A stretch of DNA of 20,811 nt, from assembly GCA_040400605.1 (NCBI GenBank), contig JBBAPZ010000019.1, positions 1-20,811 on the forward strand, written 5' to 3'. Under the pieces are notes generated by a model. The model was given only the letters and a program-made list of their open reading frames with translations, searched no databases and was not told where the DNA came from. A program made the translations under genes and the position numbers. Source of the DNA: Candidatus Sericytochromatia bacterium (GTDB lineage Bacteria; Cyanobacteriota; Sericytochromatia; S15B-MN24; JAQBPE01). Of this stretch, positions 7,929 to 16,736 are shown piece after piece. Each line of letters starts with the position of its first letter. Position 1 is the stretch's first letter.

Positions 7929-9830
7929 TTATTTGAGGCTGCTGAGTTCGAGCAGGACCTTGCGTCCTTCGGGGGTGGCATAGTAGTTGATGTCGTCGAT
8001 GTATTCTTTTTGCAGTGACGCAGGGTCCACGTCATTGCCTTTGCCGACCAGTTTCAACATGAGCGCCGCCATAATCGAGGTGGCTGCCAGGCGCAGCTCC
8101 TGTGACTGCATGGTAATGCGCTCATTGGACTCACCCAGTGAGCGCAGGAGCCGCCTGAAATGATAATCGGGCATGGCATTGACGAGGTCTTCACCTTCCA
8201 GCCCCAATGCGCCAAACGTGTCGAGGATCTCCGCCTGCACGGCGAAGTAACGTGCGGAACGCATATTCCACCAGGTTTGCGCATCCTGTTCGGCGACGCC
8301 CAAACCTTTGAGGGCGACGATGACGGTTGCGGGATTCCGGATCGAACGATTGGCGGTCATAAAGAGGCGCAGTTCGCGGTCCCGATCCGACATTGTGAGC
8401 GCACGGGCAATGAAGTCGCAGAGATCAGCCGGCGCTTTGACGTCAAAACCACCCGCGCGCAACCACGGTGGCCGCTGCTCAATGGGGATTGACCCAAAAT
8501 GCCCACTTTGCCACTCAGCCGCGTAGGCATTCACCAGTTTGAACATCGGATTATCGACGAAGCGATAACCCTCGGTGTTCATCTTGGCTTTCGCAAGGTC
8601 CATCAAATCGTCCATCGCCTTTGCCATCACATCCGCGGCAGGCCGGGGGTCAGTCGGCAACCCATCTCCCGCCAGCATCGCGAACACCACGCGGGCCGTG
8701 AACTCTTCATCCGTGCCGCTGGGATCGATGGCAACCAAAGGCAGACGCTCCCAGTTTTTTACCCGCGCAAGCAGCCGATCCGCCATCCTGCGCGCCAACA
8801 GGTGCTGCTCCAGCTTACTCCATTCAAAGACCTTGGCTTGCCGTATCGCCTCAATCGATGGTTTGAGCGCTTGGGCAATGAGCATTTCGCCAGGCGGCAA
8901 CGTCGACATTCCGGCCGGGTCACGCGAAAACAGATAAAGCAGACGCGCAGCCAAGGCGCCACGAAAATACCCCGCCACCGCCGACACGTTGTCGTGAATG
9001 TCCGGACGCGTCGCACCCGGAACCGTCAACCGGGCGTAGCGCGCCCGGGCATCCGCCAATTGTCCCGGTGCATGCACCTGCACCATTACGTTGTGATCGA
9101 ACGACTCCGGCAAATACACTTGATACTGACCCGCGGCATCCGTCAACACCGCATCCCCGACACGGCCCTTGCTATCCACCATCACAATCGGCAAACCTGT
9201 CCACAAATCAATCAGTTGCACCACCATTCCCGCAGCGGGTGCAACCGTTCCCGGCGCCACCCGAGACACAGTGCGCAAGCCATACGCCACCTCGGAACGC
9301 GTGCCGGCAAAAGCTGCCACCCCCGCTCGCAGATTTCCCCCGCCATTGGCGATCAGGTTGCCACCACCGTTGGCAATCAAACGTCCCTGCACCGCTGCGG
9401 CACCCACCACCGCAGCCCCATCCTGCCCCAGCAGCGTCACGCCGTCTCGCGCAACCAGTGATGCCGCATCATTCCCGACCAGACTCGCCGCATCATTTCC
9501 CACCAAACTCGCCGCATCATTCCCGACGAGGCCTGCCGCTCGGCGCAAGGCAGCCAAGGCATCCACCGTGGTTGCTTGTGAGCGCCCACTGACATCCGCG
9601 ATGCCGGCGCTCACCAGATAGTGGGCATCGACGCTGACCGTGCCGCGCAGCGGTTGTGATGCGACCGCAGACGTTTTCACGGAAGCCGGGGCAAGCGTGG
9701 CAGGTGCGACGCTTGCTTTGGCAGCAGTCCGCGCGGTACGAGGGAGGGATGCCCCCACGCCTCCTGTCTGGCAACCTGCCAGTGAAGCAAGAAGCAATGC
9801 GGCCGAAATGGCGGTGCGACATGGTTTCAT
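7929..9830 (-). CDS. hypothetical lipoprotein (paralog B)
   Basis: AAGGAG RBS; lipobox LAGC; LVGNDAAS x3 and LIANGGGN x2; same architecture as paralog A. Confidence 0.88.
   Translation of the reverse strand: MKPCRTAISAALLLASLAGCQTGGVGASLPRTARTAAKASVAPATLAPASVKTSAVASQPLRGTVSVDAHYLVSAGIADVSGRSQATTVDALAALRRAAGLVGNDAASLVGNDAASLVGNDAASLVARDGVTLLGQDGAAVVGAAAVQGRLIANGGGNLIANGGGNLRAGVAAFAGTRSEVAYGLRTVSRVAPGTVAPAAGMVVQLIDLWTGLPIVMVDSKGRVGDAVLTDAAGQYQVYLPESFDHNVMVQVHAPGQLADARARYARLTVPGATRPDIHDNVSAVAGYFRGALAARLLYLFSRDPAGMSTLPPGEMLIAQALKPSIEAIRQAKVFEWSKLEQHLLARRMADRLLARVKNWERLPLVAIDPSGTDEEFTARVVFAMLAGDGLPTDPRPAADVMAKAMDDLMDLAKAKMNTEGYRFVDNPMFKLVNAYAAEWQSGHFGSIPIEQRPPWLRAGGFDVKAPADLCDFIARALTMSDRDRELRLFMTANRSIRNPATVIVALKGLGVAEQDAQTWWNMRSARYFAVQAEILDTFGALGLEGEDLVNAMPDYHFRRLLRSLGESNERITMQSQELRLAATSIMAALMLKLVGKGNDVDPASLQKEYIDDINYYATPEGRKVLLELSSLK
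9064..9335. repeat. 272-bp direct repeat, copy 2
   Basis: Identical to 7123..7394. Confidence 0.9.
9459..9530 (-). repeat. 3 x 24-bp tandem repeat encoding LVGNDAAS
   Basis: GCCGCATCATT core recurs every 24 bp. Confidence 0.9.
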
Positions 9831-10205
9831 GACTCCTTAGTACCACAGGCAAGCGTGACTGAAACCATAACGCGGCAACTATCAATTTCCCCGATCCGAC
9901 GCTGACCATCGGAACAATACGCAAGGGTAAGCAGACTGATGTCGGGTGTTACTTGCGGCATGGTCACAACGAATATTTAACGAACAATCGGTCAATCTGA
10001 TGGTTGGCATAACGCGCCACTGGAACCGACAGATTGCGTGTTCGGGCCGCCGCAATTGCGGTTGAAATCGGTGCGGGTCTTAAGGTCGATCTTCAGCAAG
10101 AAAAAACGACTCAAGCAGGAAAAGTCGCACACAAACGGTAAGTGCTAGCAAATTGGACGGTAAACGGGGTAAACAACAGTCGGTGGTCATGGTTATCTAA
10201 CCAGA

Positions 10206-13200
10206 ATGATGGGGCCAGACATGGACAACCTGCTAGCGGGGCGTTACCAAGTTTTGGATGCGTTGGGCCAAGGCGCTCACGGCACGGTGTATCGTGTGCG
10301 CGACACGTGGCTGAATGCTCGCGAGCTGGCACTCAAGACATTGAACGTGAATTTGCGGGTCACACCGACCTGGCAGGCGCGGTTTCGCGAGGAATTTCGT
10401 GCGATGGCGCGGCTCAAGCACCCGCACATTGTGGCGGTGGATGATTTTGGGCGGTTGGATGATGACCACCAGTACCTGACCATGGAATGTGTGTCGGGGC
10501 AGGAACTGAGCGCGATGATTGGTCGGCCGATGGCACTGGAGCAGGCGTATACCTACCTGTCGCAATTGTTGTCGGCATTAGAACTGATTCATGGGCGCGG
10601 TTATCTGCATCGGGATATCAAACCGGCGAATTTGCGGGTGACGCACCCCAAGCAGACAGCGCCGTTTGGGCAGCTCAAGTTGATTGATTTCGGTTTGGTC
10701 AGTCCTTTGCTTGTGACGGCGCATGGTGGCTTGAGCGGGACGCCTGCGTATTTGGCGCCGGAAGTCATCACGGGCCAAGGCGGGAGCGCGTGTCAGGATC
10801 TTTATGCGGTGGGTTGTTTGGCTTTTGAGATGCTGACGGGGCGGCCGCCTTTTGTGGGTTCGACACGGGAGGTGCTGCAGGCCCATCTTCAAAAGAACCC
10901 GCCCACGTTACAGGAGTTTCGTCCGGATGCGCCCAAGCGTTTCAACAAGTGGATTTCCCGATTGTTGGAAAAAGACCCGAACAGGCGTTATGCGTCGGCG
11001 CAAGAGGCGTTGCTGGATCTCGCGGGAATTTCTGGGCGCGGCACGGTACAGGTGGCGCGCAACCTCGATATGGATCCTTTGCGTTACCCACCGTTGATTG
11101 GTCGGGAGAGGCAATTGACCCTGTTTGAAGAATACCTGGCTGAGTCTTCCAAGCAGGGTGGCCCGGCGATCGTCTTGGGGGGTCCGAGTGGTTCCGGTAA
11201 AACCCGCTTGCTTGAAGAGGTGGCGTTGCATGCCAAGCTGAGCGGGACGTTGGTGTTGTGGATTCAGGGGGAGCAGTATGCGTGTGACCCGTATATGATC
11301 TATGTGCGGATGATCAAGCAGTTGGCGCATATGCCGGACCTCAACTGGGAAGATAGCGAGCGGCAGGACATGGCTGCGTGGTGGTCCGCGCTGTCTCAGG
11401 CTACCACGAGCGTGCTTGAGCAGGATGCCATTTTGGCGATGCTGGAGCGGTGTTTGCGCCAGGTGGCGTTGCAACATCCGTTATTGTTGGTCCTGGATGA
11501 CATGCACTGGTTTGATGAGCCGAGTTTACGGGCGACGAATCATTTGATGCGGGATGTCAATCGTACGAACATTGCCATCATCGGGAGTTTCCAGCCTGAA
11601 ATCGTGGGGTGTGATTCGCCGATCATGCATGCCATTCACGAGGGCTTTGCGCACCGCCACGACATTTTGCCGCTGCAAGAAGCCGGAATCACGGATTTTC
11701 TGAATACGGTGTTTCAGGGTATTGATGGTGCCCAGTATCATGCCCGGGTATTGCATCAGCTCAGTGGGGGCAACCCAGAGTTTTTGATTGAGTATCTGCG
11801 GGCAATGATTGCGGAGAACTCGCTGGTCAAGGTGGGGGGACAGTGGCGTTTCTTGCGGGTTGCGTCGGAGTTGGAAGCGCCCCCTTCTTTGAGTGCGGTG
11901 ATTCAGAAGCGGTTGGCGTTTTTGGATGAGCCGGCGCGTCAGTTACTGGAAGTGGCGAGCGTGGCGGGGCAGGTCTGGAACGTTGAGATGTTGCGCGGGT
12001 TGTGTCAGGAAACCGCGGCCAGCGGGGAGGAATTTGACGGGGCGCTTGAGACTTTGTTGAAGGGGCAGTGGCTGCTGCGCAAATCGGACGAGTGTGGCAC
12101 GATGCTGGCGATCGCGCAAAGCGCGGTGCAAACAGCAATCTATAACGAATTGAACGCGGAAACGCGGGCGCGGCTGCACGATGAGTGTCTGGCCCACCTT
12201 GAGCGGTTGCAGGCCAACGAAACACCGGCACACCTGGCGGAGCTTGCGCACCACGCCGAGCGTGGCACGGATGCGTTGAAGGCGTACGTGTACCTTGAAC
12301 GGGCGGGGGATCATTTACACCGAGCGAAGGTTGATAACCGTGCCAGCGAACACTGGCAGCGCGGGTTGAAGATGCTTCATCGCGTGGGGGTTGCGCATCA
12401 CGATCCCCGGTGTCTGACACTCCTTGCCAAAATCAGCGACGTATCCATCATTCTGGCCCCCAAAACGGTGGCCAGGTCGCTGAAAGAACTTCTCTCCAAC
12501 TGGTTGGCGCGGCCTGAGGACGATGAGGCGCGTTTGCTCGCGACCGGCCGGCTCGCTTCGGCCTTGGGTAGCTGTGGCGCGATCCAGGAAGGCCTGGCGT
12601 TGGCCGAGCGCCTGCAGACACTGGCCGGCGATGATGGGTTGCGGCGTGGCGCGACCTGTTATTTGTTCATTCCGGCTTTGATGAGTGCGGGCCGTATTGA
12701 CGAGGCGTATCAAAAAGCGGAGCAGGCTGTTGAGGCTTTGTCGGTGTTGCCGCTTACTGGCCATTCGCCGTGGGTCGGTGCCTTGATTGAAACCCAGGCG
12801 GCCCTCAATATCCGTGCTTTCCAGGGCTTGCGACCGGATTGGGGCCACATGGAGCGCGCGAATGCGGTCGCGCACCAGGTGGGTCTGGATGACCCCCTTT
12901 ACGCCCGCTTTTATCCCGCACTCTGGCAAACCTGGTCCGGACGTTATATCGAAGCCATTCAAAGCCTCGAAGCCCTGTTAAAACGCAGCCGGCAATCTGG
13001 CGGTCAGACCTTTCCCTGGATTCAGTTACTCGGCAGCACCATGCTCTGGCAACGCGGTGAATTCGAACTGGCTTTGCAACAATCACAACGCGCCATCGAC
13101 ATGCCCTACACGCACGAAATCGCCCTTTGCGTCTTGATGCTGCGCCACGTGATGGGACAAGCCCTGTTTAGTCTCAAACGGTACGCGGAAGGCCGACAGC

Positions 13201-13733
13201 ATTTCGAAGCATTGCGTGATGACGCGCGTGCCGGGGATTTTGGCATTGTCGCGCTTCAGGCGGAACTTGGATTGCTTGAAATCAGCGTCAAAGAGCCCGT
13301 TCACACGTCGACCGCCGCGCTTGAACGGCAACTGGAAGCGTTGCTGCTCCAAACACGCGAAGGCAGTTTGCGCAATCCGTTGCAAGAGGCGTTGACGCTA
13401 CGCGTACTCGCGCTGCTGATGCTGAAAGTTTCGGAGCCGCAGCGTGCGCAGCATGCATTGGAGCAGGCGTTGGATATTGTGAAGGGGGCAGAGATCGACA
13501 ATTGGTTCGAACAGGGGCGCCTTGAGTTCGAAAAGTCGATGATCTTCAAAGCATTGAACCGTGACGATGACGCCCTGCGCGCACGCCAACGCGCAAGCGA
13601 GCTCTTCGCCTTGCAGCGCAACCCGTACTGGCAACACCGGGTGACTTTTCAGGATAGTGTCCCAGGGGGCGATCGCATCAGGGGCTTCAGTCCGGAGTCC
13701 CGCGCCCGCTTGGCCAAAGGCCTGCAGTTTTAA
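10206..13733 (+). CDS. Hanks-type Ser/Thr kinase fused to AAA/STAND-like NTPase and TPR-like helical C-terminus
   Basis: Kinase motifs GQGAHG, ALK, HRDIKPAN, DFG, GTPAYLAPE, DLYAVG. NTPase motifs LIGRE, GPSGSGKT, LLVLDD, SGGNP. Start could be 10206, 10209 or 10221. Confidence 0.92.
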   Translation: MMGPDMDNLLAGRYQVLDALGQGAHGTVYRVRDTWLNARELALKTLNVNLRVTPTWQARFREEFRAMARLKHPHIVAVDDFGRLDDDHQYLTMECVSGQELSAMIGRPMALEQAYTYLSQLLSALELIHGRGYLHRDIKPANLRVTHPKQTAPFGQLKLIDFGLVSPLLVTAHGGLSGTPAYLAPEVITGQGGSACQDLYAVGCLAFEMLTGRPPFVGSTREVLQAHLQKNPPTLQEFRPDAPKRFNKWISRLLEKDPNRRYASAQEALLDLAGISGRGTVQVARNLDMDPLRYPPLIGRERQLTLFEEYLAESSKQGGPAIVLGGPSGSGKTRLLEEVALHAKLSGTLVLWIQGEQYACDPYMIYVRMIKQLAHMPDLNWEDSERQDMAAWWSALSQATTSVLEQDAILAMLERCLRQVALQHPLLLVLDDMHWFDEPSLRATNHLMRDVNRTNIAIIGSFQPEIVGCDSPIMHAIHEGFAHRHDILPLQEAGITDFLNTVFQGIDGAQYHARVLHQLSGGNPEFLIEYLRAMIAENSLVKVGGQWRFLRVASELEAPPSLSAVIQKRLAFLDEPARQLLEVASVAGQVWNVEMLRGLCQETAASGEEFDGALETLLKGQWLLRKSDECGTMLAIAQSAVQTAIYNELNAETRARLHDECLAHLERLQANETPAHLAELAHHAERGTDALKAYVYLERAGDHLHRAKVDNRASEHWQRGLKMLHRVGVAHHDPRCLTLLAKISDVSIILAPKTVARSLKELLSNWLARPEDDEARLLATGRLASALGSCGAIQEGLALAERLQTLAGDDGLRRGATCYLFIPALMSAGRIDEAYQKAEQAVEALSVLPLTGHSPWVGALIETQAALNIRAFQGLRPDWGHMERANAVAHQVGLDDPLYARFYPALWQTWSGRYIEAIQSLEALLKRSRQSGGQTFPWIQLLGSTMLWQRGEFELALQQSQRAIDMPYTHEIALCVLMLRHVMGQALFSLKRYAEGRQHFEALRDDARAGDFGIVALQAELGLLEISVKEPVHTSTAALERQLEALLLQTREGSLRNPLQEALTLRVLALLMLKVSEPQRAQHALEQALDIVKGAEIDNWFEQGRLEFEKSMIFKALNRDDDALRARQRASELFALQRNPYWQHRVTFQDSVPGGDRIRGFSPESRARLAKGLQF

Positions 13734-13736
13734 AAG

Positions 13737-13821
13737 CGGCGGGTGTCGGATTCGAACCGACGGAGGCTTTCACCTCACTTGTTTTCAAGACAAGCGTAAT
13801 CGACCACTCTACCAACCCGCC
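13737..13821 (-). tRNA. tRNA-Ser (anticodon TGA), long variable arm, CCA not encoded
   Basis: Acceptor GGCGGGT/ACCCGCC plus discriminator G; D-loop AGTGG; anticodon arm CTTGT-CTTGAAA-ACAAG; variable arm GAGGT-GAAA-GCCTC; T arm GTCGG-TTCGAAT-CCGAC. Confidence 0.95.
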
Positions 13822-13831
13822 CAAGCATAAT

Positions 13832-13837
13832 CATCTT
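13832..13837 (-). promoter_or_regulatory. possible -10 (TAAGAT) of the tRNA promoter
   Basis: About 10 nt upstream of the tRNA 5' end; no good -35. Confidence 0.3.
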
Positions 13838-14361
13838 AGCGCGAGCCCCTGGATTTGACCAGTCATGAGCCAGCACGGGACAGTTCCACCCGTGGATACA
13901 TCAAACAAACACACGGTATCCAGACGTGCCGTGACGGGCATTCGACAGTTCGTGGCAAAAAATACTGAAAAACAAGTCCTAGCCTGATCAGTAAAATATA
14001 TTCGATCCTCAAAACGGTCTAAAGCAGTTTGCAGGCAAGTTACCCTGAAACAGGCATCCAAAGGATGTTTCAAGCACTTTCTGACTTTATGAAATGTCGA
14101 ACAGGCGCGTGACGGTGTCAGCGCCTGGCACCAAGCGACACGCACCGTATTCCAACGGCAAATGGTACGGAGTTGACGGGGAAGATTGGGGTTTGAGCTG
14201 CGGGTTGTGCTCGCTGCGCCATGCTGACGCGGTGTCTGAACCACGAACTTAACTGTTCAATAACCTCCATATAAGAAAGGGTCAGGGAACCGTGCACGAT
14301 AACTGAAGTCAGGAATCCGCTGCTGACGGTTTGGTGACCGTGATGAAACGAGGGGCAAGCG

Positions 14362-15276
14362 ATGTCAGAGTTGAGGCGTCAGGATTATGGCCGGCGCGGT
14401 ATTCATTTGTTGGGCTTGGGTGTGCTGAAGTGGCGACCGCGCGACAGCGAGCGTCCGGTTGGCACTGTACGTGCCGCACTGGACGAATTTGTCGGGAGCA
14501 AGTCGTTCAACAACGCGCGTTTTAACAACCATCCGGAGTTGCAACGGGTGGCTGCCGGGCAGGCGGTGTTGGGTGCCGGGTCGCAGGGAGCGGCTGTGGA
14601 AGCCCTTCAGAATGCGTTACAGGACATGGCTTTTGTCATGCCGAGTGGGGTGGATGGGGTTTACGGTCGTGAGGTGACGCAGGCTGTGAAGAACTTTCAG
14701 GCAGCGGCTGGTTTGAAACAGACGGGTTCTTTGAATGGTGAGACGCTAAAGGCTTTGGATCGGCACGCGCCGCCACCCGGGAAGACGGCTTGGGATGCGG
14801 GGGCGTCGATGGCGCTGGTGCCGGATCCGGGCATTGGCAGGGGTTTGCAGGCGCGGGTGGTTGTGGGTGTGGGGCAGCATCGGGCCTTCGTGTTTGATGC
14901 CAATGGCAAGCTGCAAAAGATTTACGGGGTGCGTACGGGGCGGGCGGACCACCCGGATGGTCGTGGCGAAGGCACCCAGCCTGGCGTGAAGGTGGTTGAC
15001 GGCAAAAACCGTGATCCCCGGGCGATTTCGAGCGCATTGTGGCCGGAGAGCAAGGGCACGGCTTTTGGGACGCGGTTGTTTAACCTGTCGGATTATGATG
15101 TGAAAACGGGTCGAACCTACGTGGGTGATTTTGGTGGTCAGGAGCTACATGGCACCTACGATCAGCATTCAATCGGTCGGGATGCGTCGCACGGTTGCAT
15201 TGGGTTGAACAACAGTGATATTGAGGAGTTCTTTGATCAGATCAAGAACGGTGAATTCGTCAAAATCGTGCGCTAA
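14362..15276 (+). CDS. peptidoglycan-binding domain + L,D-transpeptidase (YkuD family)
   Basis: PG_binding_1 pattern GSQGAAVEALQNAL...VDGVYG...AVKNFQ...G; catalytic ELHGT...ASHGCIGL; GAGG before ATG. Confidence 0.88.
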   Translation: MSELRRQDYGRRGIHLLGLGVLKWRPRDSERPVGTVRAALDEFVGSKSFNNARFNNHPELQRVAAGQAVLGAGSQGAAVEALQNALQDMAFVMPSGVDGVYGREVTQAVKNFQAAAGLKQTGSLNGETLKALDRHAPPPGKTAWDAGASMALVPDPGIGRGLQARVVVGVGQHRAFVFDANGKLQKIYGVRTGRADHPDGRGEGTQPGVKVVDGKNRDPRAISSALWPESKGTAFGTRLFNLSDYDVKTGRTYVGDFGGQELHGTYDQHSIGRDASHGCIGLNNSDIEEFFDQIKNGEFVKIVR

Positions 15277-15326
15277 ACGGACGCTGTAGGCGTTCGCACC
15301 GGGTGGGTGCCAGGTCGAACGCCTGC

Positions 15327-16634
15327 TTAAGTTGCGCTGGTCGGTACCGCGGTTTGAAAAACGATAAGGGGTTGATCCGCCAGGGATTGGGCTACCCGCG
15401 TGATGCGTGTGCGAGCGAGGTCCGCGATGGTGGCAAACTCGGGGTCATCGATGGGTTCGGGGGCCTGCACGCAGAGGAAACGGTGGCGGGTGCCCGTGGT
15501 GGCGTTGAGCGCGAGGATGGCGTGGGCAGTGGGGCAGGTGCCGGCGAAGAAATCGAGCACATGCAACGCTGCGTCGGGTCGATCCGCTGACAGCCAGGTG
15601 ATCAGATCCTTGATCAAGCGGGTCGGTTTGGGAAAGTCCATCACGGGTCGGCCGAAGATACGCTTCAGTTCACGGGTGCCGTCGGTGGTGGTGGCGCGAT
15701 CATAATACGACACCGGGGTGCGTTGGCGTTCACCATCCGCCAGATGCAAACGTTGTTTGCTAAACACCCGCCAGGCGCCGTCTCGCCCTTGGCGAAACAC
15801 CACCTCAGCCAAGCGCGCCTGAAGTGTTTCGCGGCTCCAGCGCCATTGATGGGTCGGACACGGAATCCAGGTGCCGTCCGGGGCCTGGATGGGATACACC
15901 AGATTGGGCCGCGCAGAATGTGCCGTGCCGGTTTTTGCCAAGGGCACCAGCTTATACGGGCCCTGCTCATCCCGATGTTGATAAAGGGCGCGCATGTCAT
16001 CGGTGAGGGGTTCGCCGAACGGGGGCAATCGCCTGAGGTCTTTCGCATAAAGGTGCACATACTCGGTTTGGGGCAGGATGTGACGGGCACCGCGGCCACG
16101 GACCACTTTTTTGCGCCAGACCACGGTTGCTATGAAATTGGCTTCGCCAAAGACCTCATCCATGAGCATGCGCAAATGGTGGGACTCGCGATCATCAATG
16201 CTGACGGCGATTACCCCCCCCGCGTGCAGGTACTGTCTGGCCAGGATCAGGCGTGGGAGCATCAGCGAGAGCCAGGCGACGTGGTGCCGTCCCTGCGCTT
16301 CGTGGGCATCGCGGCAGTCGCGTCCGAGACGCTGTCTAAAGGCGTCGACGCCGATGCGGAAGCGATCCCGATAGCGCATGCGCTGCTGCGTGTTGTAGGG
16401 TGGGTCGAGGTAAATGAGATCGATTTGCTCGGCAAACTGTGGCAAGAGGTGCTTTAAAACGGCCAGGTTGTCACCTTCGATGAAGCGGTGCTCAACCGTG
16501 GCGGTCAGCAGTGGCGGTGTCAGTGCGATCGCACCATCACCCAGCGCCAAGGCACGCGCCGCGTCCTTGCCTGGCCAGTGTAACCCAAAGCCACACGCCA
16601 GTTCCTGATTCAAGTCGTTCAACCCGTCAGGCAC
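15327..16634 (-). CDS. site-specific DNA (N6-adenine/N4-cytosine) methyltransferase, type III Mod-like, beta class
   Basis: Motifs LHWPGK, IEGDNL, IYLDPPYNT, WLSLMLPRL, SIDDRE, FGEANF, FPKP, VLDFFAG. Start uncertain: GTG 16634 after GGGGAG, or 16664. The 16799 start overlaps the divergent gene. Confidence 0.88.
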   Translation of the reverse strand: MPDGLNDLNQELACGFGLHWPGKDAARALALGDGAIALTPPLLTATVEHRFIEGDNLAVLKHLLPQFAEQIDLIYLDPPYNTQQRMRYRDRFRIGVDAFRQRLGRDCRDAHEAQGRHHVAWLSLMLPRLILARQYLHAGGVIAVSIDDRESHHLRMLMDEVFGEANFIATVVWRKKVVRGRGARHILPQTEYVHLYAKDLRRLPPFGEPLTDDMRALYQHRDEQGPYKLVPLAKTGTAHSARPNLVYPIQAPDGTWIPCPTHQWRWSRETLQARLAEVVFRQGRDGAWRVFSKQRLHLADGERQRTPVSYYDRATTTDGTRELKRIFGRPVMDFPKPTRLIKDLITWLSADRPDAALHVLDFFAGTCPTAHAILALNATTGTRHRFLCVQAPEPIDDPEFATIADLARTRITRVAQSLADQPLIVFQTAVPTSAT

Positions 16635-16736
16635 GCCGCTCCCCCAAGTCTCCAGTTGTTCCACCGGGGCGATCGCACCCCCTTGCTTGCCGTTTGACAG
16701 GCGAGCACCCACAATTCTACGATACGGGCGACACAA

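Noticed and set aside
7123..9335. Repeat pair as a DGR template/variable region
   Set aside because: Copies are identical with no adenine-specific mismatches, both lie inside paralogous CDSs, and no reverse transcriptase is in the window.
7392..9530. 24-bp repeats as a CRISPR array
   Set aside because: No spacers, in-frame coding with synonymous variation, and no cas genes.
13737..13821. tRNA-Ser as an integration site of a genomic island
   Set aside because: No integrase and no duplicated tRNA 3' end found in the window.
13831..14244. 137-aa minus-strand ORF upstream of the tRNA
   Set aside because: Cys/Arg/Thr-rich random-looking composition, no motif; probably non-coding.
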